Assembly (NCBI GenBank): GCA_042408195.1
Contig: JBHOQL010000045.1
Coordinates: 282 to 64,281, forward strand
Length of the DNA stretch: 64,000 nt
Reading direction: 5' to 3'
Origin: Anaerolineae bacterium
GTDB lineage: Bacteria; Chloroflexota; Anaerolineae; SpSt-600
Under the pieces are notes generated by a model. That model had not been told where the DNA came from. It worked only from the letters and a program-made list of their open reading frames with translations, and did not search any database. A program made the translations under genes and the position numbers. Shown one piece after another: positions 57,049 through 64,000 of the stretch (position 1 is the first letter of the stretch; each line of letters starts with the position of its first letter).

Positions 57049-58311
57049 TTGAAAGCCAAAAGCATCGCACGCCTTATTCTGCTCATCACTGGCTGCATAT
57101 TTAGCTTGCTCTTCGCTTGGCTCGCCTCCCGCCCGATGCCCCCCTCTCCTGGAGAACCTCCTCCTCCACTTGCCATGCCCTCTGATAACTCTCAAACCCT
57201 TCGGGTAATGGTTGTCCTCATAGAAGGCGCTGATAGGGAATTGGCCCGTATGGCCAAACTTGACGAACTACTCTCCCCCATCCTTGTGACCCAACTTGAA
57301 GGCCCTGACGATTTAGCTTTAGCAATTGACTCATTTGCCAAGGGGATTTCCCCAGATAAACTCGCGGCACTTTCCGCTGGAGAAGAGGAAACGGAACCTT
57401 TCTGGCGGGTGGTAATGCGACGTGGGCTCAAAACTGCGGTCCTATTCTGGCCCGAAATCTACCCCGATTCTCCCCATAGGGCCGATTACACAATAGCCCC
57501 AATTTCTTGCTATGGCCAAGCCTACCCTCACACTATCACTTTCACTGAGGTCATATCCCCTTGGACCGACCTGACCCTCTCGTTCAGCCCGCCCCTCGAG
57601 GGTTCCTTAAAAATAGAGGCGCCCGAAGGCGGAACCATTGCTTCCCTCCGCATTCTGGCCTTAGACACCATCGATGATGGCAAAGTCAACTACGATGCGG
57701 TAAACCTGCAGAGGGACGACGAAACTCTGCGCTCTGGAAGATGGCTCCCCTTGGAAATTGACCCTCATCTCCATTCAGGGGCTTTTTTCAAGCTTATGGG
57801 GATAAATCCTGAACGCAAGACAGCCCTTTTGTACCATACTCCCCTTTGCTATGCCTACGCCCTTCCCTCTTCCCTGACCCGGGAATTGAACGAGAAGTTC
57901 AGCTTCCCCCCGCCCCTTCCCGATGCCCAAAGTCTGGCCCGGGGGTGGCTGACGGCAGAAGATGCGATTTTTTTCTTAGAGCGAAGGACTGAATGGGCTT
58001 CTGAAGCCATAGCGATCGCATGGAACAAATACAAACCCGACCTCCTTATCGCCCACCTTGACTTGCTGAGCAACGTCAAAACTCTCCCCGACGCTGGGGC
58101 GGATTTCTCTACTCAGGCCAGCTATTTAATAGCCAGGAACCTGAAAAGGTTGGCCGAAGGATTAGGGGAACGGGAACTTTTGGTGATCTTGTCCCCAGGA
58201 CCTGGGGGTTTTCTGGGAATTTATGGGAGGGATGGGGGGAAGATTGAAAGCCCTTCATCCATTAGCGTCGAAGATGTAGCTTCTGTAATCTTATCCCTAC
58301 TCTTACCGTAA
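57049..58311 (+). CDS. Membrane-anchored AlkP-superfamily-like (COG3379-type) protein with an apparently degenerate catalytic N-terminal region
   Basis: N-terminal anchor ARLILLITGCIFSLLFAWLA. VMVVLIEGADRE sits where LGLDGA is expected. EPFWRVVMRRGLKTAVLFWPEIYP and later G.W/LY..P blocks resemble the family. TTG start after AGGAGGA. The family assignment is from memory only. Confidence 0.4.
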   Translation: MKAKSIARLILLITGCIFSLLFAWLASRPMPPSPGEPPPPLAMPSDNSQTLRVMVVLIEGADRELARMAKLDELLSPILVTQLEGPDDLALAIDSFAKGISPDKLAALSAGEEETEPFWRVVMRRGLKTAVLFWPEIYPDSPHRADYTIAPISCYGQAYPHTITFTEVISPWTDLTLSFSPPLEGSLKIEAPEGGTIASLRILALDTIDDGKVNYDAVNLQRDDETLRSGRWLPLEIDPHLHSGAFFKLMGINPERKTALLYHTPLCYAYALPSSLTRELNEKFSFPPPLPDAQSLARGWLTAEDAIFFLERRTEWASEAIAIAWNKYKPDLLIAHLDLLSNVKTLPDAGADFSTQASYLIARNLKRLAEGLGERELLVILSPGPGGFLGIYGRDGGKIESPSSISVEDVASVILSLLLP

Positions 58312-58407
58312 TCCTTTCTGGACGGTGCCTTCTAGTGGAGTACACAAAGCTCTCACTTTCTACCGAGGAAGTTGAGAAAACCCATCGGTAACTTACCGGT
58401 CATCTTT

Positions 58408-58433
58408 GAAGCAGCTTTGAGAGCTGCTTTTTG
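58408..58433 (+). terminator. Rho-independent terminator-like hairpin upstream of folC
   Basis: aagcagct-ttgag-agctgctt followed by TTT (a T5 run counting the stem). It overlaps the ORF-track start (58431) of folC, which argues for a later start. Confidence 0.5.
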
Positions 58434-58490
58434 CCTGCCACCCCCAAAAGGGATAAAATTAAGCAAACTTTCTCTGAGTGGAGAGAAACC

Positions 58491-59840
58491 TTGCCTTTAT
58501 CTTATAAAGAGGCGTTGGAGTTTATCTACTCGTTTACCGATTACGAAAAGCTGAGGGGCTACCGCTACTCTCCTGAGGAGTTCAATCTGGCCAGGATGGA
58601 AAACCTCCTGGGGCTTATTGGGAACCCGCACATCTCCTTTCGCTCCCTCCACGTGGCCGGAACCAAAGGAAAGGGCTCCACATGCGCTATGTTGGAATCA
58701 GTGTTAAGAGCCCATGGTTACAGAACAGGCCTTTACACTTCACCCCACCTTCACACCTTCCGAGAGCGAATCCGTATCGCTGGAGAGATGGTGAGCGAGG
58801 AAGATGTAACCTCAGGGATTGAAGAACTGCGCCCTTACATCGAGAAAATCCCCGGTATTACAACTTTTGAAGTTATGACAGCTTTAGCCTTCTTCCTCTT
58901 TGCCCGCAAAGGGGTGGAAGTAGCGGTAGTAGAAGTTGGGCTTGGAGGACGGCTTGATGCCACCAATGTAGTTATCCCTCTGGTTTCGGTTATAACTTCC
59001 ATAAGCTTTGACCACATGCAAATCTTAGGCAATACTTTGGCTTCCATCGCTTGTGAGAAAGCCGGCATAATCAAAGAAAAAGTTCCTATAGTCAGCGCTC
59101 CTCAGGAACGGGAAGCCCTTGAGGTCATAGAAGAGACGGCCCGGCTGAAAGGCTCCCCGCTGGTCCTGGTAGGCAGGGATTGGACTTGGGAAGAGATCAT
59201 AGAGACCTCAGAAGACCAGAGTTTCATTGCAAAAAGGTTGAATCCTCCTGGTTTCTCCGTTAAGGTCCGTTTGCCCCTTTTAGGAGTCCATCAGCCTGTT
59301 AACGCTACGGTTGCAATCGCTGCTCTTGAAGAAGCCCGAGTTCGTGGGCTTTTGGTTTCCGATGAAGCCATAAGGGAAGGCCTTGAAAAAGTAGAGTGGC
59401 CTGGACGGCTGGAAATCCTTCAGCATTCTCCATTACTTGTAGTGGATGGTGCCCACAACGTGGATTCTGCCCGACGTCTTGCCCAATCCTTGCGAAAGCT
59501 CTTCTCTTGGGACCGATTCATTCTCATATTCGGCGCTTCAGCCGATAAAGATATCCCGGGAATGTTGAAGGAACTCCTGCCCTTAGCTGATGAAGTGATT
59601 TTCACCCGCGCCCGCAATCCAAGAGCTGCCTCTCCTGATGAAATGCTAAAGGAAGCGGAAGCTCTGGGGTTCAAAGGCAAAGTCGTGGAGCCCGCTGTAA
59701 AGGCCATAGAGGTAGCCCTCGAAGAAGCCAAAGCAAGAGATTTGGTGTGCGTGACTGGCTCTTTGTTCCTGGTGGCAAATGCGAGAGAGGCTTGGGCTCT
59801 TTTATCGGGTAAACCTTTGCCTCCGGTAGACCCTATATAG
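58491..59840 (+). CDS. folC: Folylpolyglutamate synthase / dihydrofolate synthase
   Basis: SYKEALEFIYSF... N terminus, HVAGTKGKGST P-loop, Mur-ligase middle and C domains. The TTG at 58491 has GGAGAG 5 nt upstream. The alternative start, TTG 58431, lies inside the hairpin. Confidence 0.8.
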   Translation: MPLSYKEALEFIYSFTDYEKLRGYRYSPEEFNLARMENLLGLIGNPHISFRSLHVAGTKGKGSTCAMLESVLRAHGYRTGLYTSPHLHTFRERIRIAGEMVSEEDVTSGIEELRPYIEKIPGITTFEVMTALAFFLFARKGVEVAVVEVGLGGRLDATNVVIPLVSVITSISFDHMQILGNTLASIACEKAGIIKEKVPIVSAPQEREALEVIEETARLKGSPLVLVGRDWTWEEIIETSEDQSFIAKRLNPPGFSVKVRLPLLGVHQPVNATVAIAALEEARVRGLLVSDEAIREGLEKVEWPGRLEILQHSPLLVVDGAHNVDSARRLAQSLRKLFSWDRFILIFGASADKDIPGMLKELLPLADEVIFTRARNPRAASPDEMLKEAEALGFKGKVVEPAVKAIEVALEEAKARDLVCVTGSLFLVANAREAWALLSGKPLPPVDPI

Positions 59841-59850
59841 GGAGAGGGAC

Positions 59851-61047
59851 TTGAAGCTGACGGATGAAGAAAAGGCAATGCTTTCGGGAGAAAGGGGACC
59901 AGCCCTGCGCCGTGCCATGGAGATAATCTTTGCTCTGGGCAACATTTACGGAGCCAGGGAAACGGTCTCCATAAAAAGTGCACAGATTTCCGGAGTAAGC
60001 TACAAAAACCTCGGTGAAGCAGGCCTTGATTTCCTCAAACAATGGGCTTCAGAAGGAGCAAAGGTCCAAGTCCCCTCTATGATGAACCCCGCAGGAATAG
60101 ACCTCAACCGCTGGAAGGAAATGGGCATACCTCAGGAGTTCGCACGCAAGCAGCTGGAGGTAGTGGAGACCTTGATCTCAATGGGAGTAGACCCCACTCT
60201 GACCTGCACACCCTACTTGGGCAAGTACCGCCCCGACTTCGGGGACCATCTGGCTTGGTCCGAATCTTCGGCGGTTGTCTTTGCCAATTCAGTAATAGGA
60301 GCGAGGACTAATCGGGAGGGCGGGCCTTCGGCACTGGCCGCCGCTGTCGCTGGACGCACTGCTCACTATGGCTTTCACACTAACTACGGCCGCAGACCTG
60401 CTTGCCTTGTAGAAGTCTACTGTTCCCTCAAAACCGAAGCCGACTTCGGAGCACTCGGTTATCTGATAGGGAAAAAACTCGGCCACAAAACTCCTTACAT
60501 CCGTTTCCATGGCGAATTTCTCCTCAGCGAATTGTTTCTGAAAGCAATGGGTGCCGCTATGGCTGCCTCGGGTTCCATATCCTTATTCCACATAGAAGGC
60601 ACAACCCCAGAGGCTGAAAACTTTTCTCCCGAAGAACTTAGAGAGCCCCCGATAGAAATCACATCTCTTGACGAAGCTTATCGAGCTTTGAGCGCTCCTC
60701 TTGATGAGGTGGACCTTGTCTGGATAGGTTGTCCTCATGCCTCTCAGGAAGAGTTAGAACTCATCGCCTCAATAGTGAAAGGCCGCAGGCTTTCCAAAAG
60801 GCTCTGGGTAACGTCCAGCAGGGAAGTTATCGGCAGAGCAAAAGAGGCCGTGGAATCGATAGAAGAAGCCGGTGGGCTCGTCCTGGCCGATGCTTGCCTA
60901 GTCGTGGCACCGGTGGAAGCCCTATCTGTGAAAAGAGTGGCCACTAATTCGGCCAAGGCAGCTTTTTATTTGCCCTCGTGGGCTAAAGTTCAAGTAGTCT
61001 TTGCTCCCATTGAGGATTGCATTATACGTTACGGAGGTTTGCAATGA
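59851..61047 (+). CDS. Aconitase X catalytic (large) subunit, DUF521 family
   Basis: MKLTDEEKAMLSGERGPALRRAMEIIFALGNIYGA..., with conserved Cys positions (TCTPY, GCPHAS, ADAC). 398 aa matches the separate large-subunit type. Confidence 0.75.
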   Translation: MKLTDEEKAMLSGERGPALRRAMEIIFALGNIYGARETVSIKSAQISGVSYKNLGEAGLDFLKQWASEGAKVQVPSMMNPAGIDLNRWKEMGIPQEFARKQLEVVETLISMGVDPTLTCTPYLGKYRPDFGDHLAWSESSAVVFANSVIGARTNREGGPSALAAAVAGRTAHYGFHTNYGRRPACLVEVYCSLKTEADFGALGYLIGKKLGHKTPYIRFHGEFLLSELFLKAMGAAMAASGSISLFHIEGTTPEAENFSPEELREPPIEITSLDEAYRALSAPLDEVDLVWIGCPHASQEELELIASIVKGRRLSKRLWVTSSREVIGRAKEAVESIEEAGGLVLADACLVVAPVEALSVKRVATNSAKAAFYLPSWAKVQVVFAPIEDCIIRYGGLQ

Positions 61048-61643
61048 AGAATTTATTAAAGCTTGCAATTTATGGGATAGATTATGTTTTGCGAAAAGCC
61101 TACGGAATTAAACCTTTTGTCGAAGACCCCGATTGCATTCTGAGACTTTCTTTCTGGAGAGCCTCTAAAGCAATAAAAATCACAGAAAACCTGGAGATCA
61201 AGAAGGGAGAACTTGTAGGTGAACTGCATCTGTGGAATGAGCATATACCGACTATTCCCCCTGAAGGTCCTGATTTGAAATGGGGTTATGAAGCAGCAAA
61301 GAAGTTGCATTATTCTCTCGGACTTTTAGCTCAGGCCATTGAGGATGGCTTGCCTCTGACCAATGAAGTTAGGATTCTCGGGGGCGAGATAACTTTACCG
61401 AAGGATAAAGCGCGGCAGATTGAAATGATCTTCGAACATTTGGGGCTTATACTTAACTCGGAAAAGCCTTCAGGGGCATGGAAACGCTTTGTCCACTTCT
61501 GGCAGAACCTCTACTCCATGGCCCTAATCTGGGCCTACAACCCGGTGAGCCTTCGGAGGAAAAGCCTGTTGAAGATGCACCGCTACCGTGTATGGATGAG
61601 TAAAGAAGAGCTCCTCCGAAGGTATGGGAAAAAAGAAGTTTGA
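61044..61643 (+). CDS. Uncharacterised protein (possibly YkoP-like), translationally coupled to the AcnX large subunit
   Basis: ATGA overlap at 61044-61047. It has no DUF126-like motifs. Local GC is lower (24 of 60 nt in the line starting at 61081). Confidence 0.5.
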   Translation: MKNLLKLAIYGIDYVLRKAYGIKPFVEDPDCILRLSFWRASKAIKITENLEIKKGELVGELHLWNEHIPTIPPEGPDLKWGYEAAKKLHYSLGLLAQAIEDGLPLTNEVRILGGEITLPKDKARQIEMIFEHLGLILNSEKPSGAWKRFVHFWQNLYSMALIWAYNPVSLRRKSLLKMHRYRVWMSKEELLRRYGKKEV

Positions 61644-61762
61644 CGGCGCTTTCATACCAAGGTACAATTTTTATTGAAAAGGTTTCCCCGATAGAGCCGG
61701 GACCAGTTTATGAAACAACTCTCGGTTTTTCACCGGTCGTTGCAGGCTAAAAGGCTGAAGTT

Positions 61763-63298
61763 ATGAGAGTGGTTCGGGGAAGCGGTGGAGCCGGTGTATT
61801 AAAAATCAGAACCTCGGAGAGCTTACCTCGGTCCGAACCTCCTTTGGCCTACCAGGCAGTGCGGGGGGGATTGTTGGTAGCCCTCAGTTCCTACTGGACT
61901 CTGGGTTTTGGTTTTGTCGTCAACATTATCCTCACCCGTCTCCTCTCGCCAGAGGCCTTTGGGGCTTTTGCCCTGGCGATGTTCTTTGCCCAACTCCTCC
62001 GACTGCAGACCAAACTGGGCTTAAATTATGCCTTCGGTCAGCACAAAAAGACGGACGGCGAATCGCTGGGAACCTATGCAGCGCTGGACGCGGCGGCGGC
62101 CCTCTGTGGCCTCCTGCTGATGGGGTTGGCGGCTCCCATTCTGCGCCTTCTGGGATACGACCGGCAGATTGTTCTGGCCGCGCTGGTTCTGGCCCTGGCG
62201 GCCTGTGCGGAGGGCGTCGCCAGCATCGCCGGGACGCTCCTGGAAAAAGGGCTCCATTTCGGGACCATCAGCCTTTATCAATTCATCACTTTCCCCCTCT
62301 CGTATATCCCTGCCCTCTGGCTGGCGACCCACGGCGGTGGGGTCTGGAGCCTGGTCTCGCAGACGACCACCTACAGTTTCCTCTGGCTGGGTCTGTGGTG
62401 GGTCCTTCGGCGCCGGGAGCCTCAATTGTGGAAAGAGCCCTGGCGATTCCGTCCCGACCTGGCCCGCCACTTCCTGCGGTTTGGAGCAACCACTGGTCTG
62501 TGGCTGATGGCCGGGATGCTCTTTTCCCAACTGGATAATTTCTTCATCGGCACCTTCGCCGGAGTGACGGCCCTGGGCTACTACGATCGGGCCTACCGGA
62601 TGGCCCAGTGGCCGGGGCTTCTTTTCAACGCGGTGCTCCTGCACCCGGCCTTCTACACCTACGCGCGCCTCCAGGACGACCGGCCCCGGCTGGAAAAGAC
62701 GGCTATGATGCTGACGTGGGCCATCGGGATGGTGGCAGTCCCGCTGGCGATTGCGGTCTTCATCACCGCGCCCGAGATCATCGTCCTGCTCTACGGGGAG
62801 CGGTGGCTCCCCAGCGCGCTCTTCCTGCAGATTCTCATCACCTTCTTCGTGGTCCGGCCCCATCTGGAGAACGCCGGGGTGTTACTGAACGCAATGGGCA
62901 AGCCCGGGCGTGCAGCGACACTGCTCTGGGCTCAGGTGGGGGTCCTGGGCCTGGCTGGCCTCCCACTGACCCTGCGCTGGGGCGCGCTGGGGACCTGCGC
63001 AGCGGTGGGGCTGGCACTGCTGGTGGGCATTGGTTTGGCCTACCGGTATGCTCGCCAGGAATTATCGGTGAATCCAGCCTCGGGCCTGGTGGTGCCGCTG
63101 CTGGCTGGAGGTGTGACTCTGCTGGGATATGCCCTGGCCTTGCGGTTCCTACCGCTGGAGAACCTGGGGCTGCTTCTGCGGCTCTTGGTCAAGGGGGCTT
63201 GCGCCGTCCTGGTTTTCTACGCTCTGGCTTTTGCCTTATGGCCTAAAGAGACAAGGGAGCGGGTAAAATACATATGGAGATTGGTGCGGGAGAAATAG
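61763..63298 (+). CDS. MOP/Wzx-type polysaccharide flippase-like membrane protein
   Basis: It has about 12-14 hydrophobic helices, and the length is typical of polysaccharide biosynthesis flippases. The region is visibly GC-rich, with long shadow ORFs in other frames. Confidence 0.7.
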   Translation: MRVVRGSGGAGVLKIRTSESLPRSEPPLAYQAVRGGLLVALSSYWTLGFGFVVNIILTRLLSPEAFGAFALAMFFAQLLRLQTKLGLNYAFGQHKKTDGESLGTYAALDAAAALCGLLLMGLAAPILRLLGYDRQIVLAALVLALAACAEGVASIAGTLLEKGLHFGTISLYQFITFPLSYIPALWLATHGGGVWSLVSQTTTYSFLWLGLWWVLRRREPQLWKEPWRFRPDLARHFLRFGATTGLWLMAGMLFSQLDNFFIGTFAGVTALGYYDRAYRMAQWPGLLFNAVLLHPAFYTYARLQDDRPRLEKTAMMLTWAIGMVAVPLAIAVFITAPEIIVLLYGERWLPSALFLQILITFFVVRPHLENAGVLLNAMGKPGRAATLLWAQVGVLGLAGLPLTLRWGALGTCAAVGLALLVGIGLAYRYARQELSVNPASGLVVPLLAGGVTLLGYALALRFLPLENLGLLLRLLVKGACAVLVFYALAFALWPKETRERVKYIWRLVREK

Positions 63299-63390
63299 GC
63301 TGTGGAGAGAAAAATCAATCTGCGCAGACGCATCGGTTCCGCAATTCTTGACGGGCTTTCATATTTACCTTATTTAAAGGCAAAGGGTTA

Positions 63391-64000
63391 TTGGCCCTCT
63401 GGACCGTCCAATGGCTGGGACGCGAAGGGCCACTCACTATGAGATTGCCCAATGGGAGCCGGGTATGGATTGGCAACGATCAGGCAGGTCATGCGCTTTT
63501 ACCTTACTGTATTGGCAAGTATGAGCATGAGTTTACACGATTATTTTTGCGCTTCCTTCGTCAACTGGGCCCTGGAGACTGTGTTGCGGATCTGGGAGCC
63601 AATGTTGGTTATTATGCTGTGATGGCGGCATGGCAACTGCGCCATTTTGAAGGAAGCCTGGTTTTCGCTTTTGAGCCGAATCCGCATGCTTTTTCTTATG
63701 CAGAGTAACAGAAGCCTGAATTGTCTGAATAATTCAACTACAGTTCAACAAGCGGTAGGAAATCGGAGTGGGCAGATGGCGTTATACATAAACCCTCACG
63801 GCATCACTTTCGGTTCCCTGCAGCCATATCTTTCTCACCTTGTTGAACGATGCGAAGTGCGGGTAACAACCCTGGATGAATTTCTTTCCCAGTACCGGGT
63901 GATCAGATTCAAACTGATAAAGATGGACATTGAAGGTGCAGAGTTACTTGCTCTTCAGGGAGCGCAAGAGACATTGAAGAAGAAGTTTAGGCCCGTTATT
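63391..64000 (+). pseudogene. FkbM-family SAM methyltransferase interrupted by a +1 frameshift near 63690-63705; 3' end lies outside the window
   Basis: Frame 1 reads ...DLGANVGYYAVMAA...AFEPNPHAFSYAE-stop (63708). Frame 2 continues LQSNRSLNCLNNSTTVQQAVGNRSGQMALYI...VTTLDEFL...IKMDIEGAELLALQGA. Together these make one canonical FkbM protein. A T5 run at 63690-63694 is the likely indel site. Confidence 0.7.

Noticed and set aside
58312-58490. THF riboswitch or attenuator upstream of folC
   Set aside because: The hairpin at 58408-58433 looks like the terminator of the preceding gene. I could not match the THF-I consensus. The only consequence I kept is a later folC start (58491).
62021-63246. 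Long ORFs antisense or out of frame in the flippase gene (62021-62863 minus, 280 aa; 62608-63246 plus, 212 aa)
   Set aside because: Low-complexity R/P/G-rich products are typical of shadow frames in GC-rich coding sequence. The +1-frame product is a coherent multi-helix membrane protein.

Overview
This is a 64-kb stretch of bacterial chromosome made of tightly packed operons. Many genes share 1-4 nt start/stop overlaps, GTG/TTG starts are frequent, RBSs are AGGAGG-type, and several sigma-70 promoters are near consensus. I found no CRISPR array, transposase, prophage or rRNA.

The gene content points to an anaerobic, probably thermophilic lineage. It includes a tungsten-type aldehyde:ferredoxin oxidoreductase, two 2-oxoacid:ferredoxin oxidoreductase gene sets, hypCDE, a non-pyrrolysine MttB/corrinoid module and Thr/Pro-rich lipoprotein linkers. 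Chloroflexota-like is only a low-confidence guess.

Gene order, left to right:
- cysK (partial), a 5'-truncated GH36 alpha-galactosidase remnant, and a FlK-like thioesterase.
- A DUF2207 protein and a membrane zinc-ribbon protein.
- A Cys-less hypC paralog followed by hypC-hypD-hypE.
- A hydrolase and an orphan ABC ATPase, then aor on the opposite strand.
- A nitroreductase, then an operon of a PurM/HypE-like protein, korB, korC, cca and a DEDD exonuclease.
- kptA-queH-DUF1232, a GT-C glycosyltransferase and a TPR protein.
- A 12-kb operon joining a peptide-type ABC importer and an S9 peptidase to an MttB-family/corrinoid/methyl-THF methyltransferase module.
- A minus-strand block: aminotransferase, a degenerate Xer-like protein and PBP1A.
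- A minus-strand RNA operon: tRNA-Arg, tRNA-Lys, tRNA-Leu, RNase P RNA, tRNA-Leu, initiator tRNA.
- A long minus-strand operon: porG, a GltD-like/PorD fusion, porA, porB, MBL, pfpI, surE, DUF401, an HxxEH protein, holA and DUF72.
- A HEAT protein, and dnaG-rpoD on the minus strand.
- A Tat-lipoprotein DUF362, a NapH-like polyferredoxin and a degenerate AlkP-like protein.
- folC, an orphan AcnX large subunit, a GC-rich flippase and a frameshifted FkbM methyltransferase.

The candidates I rank highest for something undescribed:
1. The peptide importer/S9 peptidase/MttB-corrinoid operon.
2. The RNase P RNA embedded with about 0-2 nt spacers inside a tRNA operon, with a covaried P4 helix.
3. The PorD protein carrying a GltD-like NAD(P)H flavoprotein module.
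4. The DUF362/polyferredoxin extracytoplasmic redox pair.
5. The cca-exonuclease-kptA-queH RNA-maintenance cluster.

All calls come from reading the translations and the sequence by eye. No database search was run.
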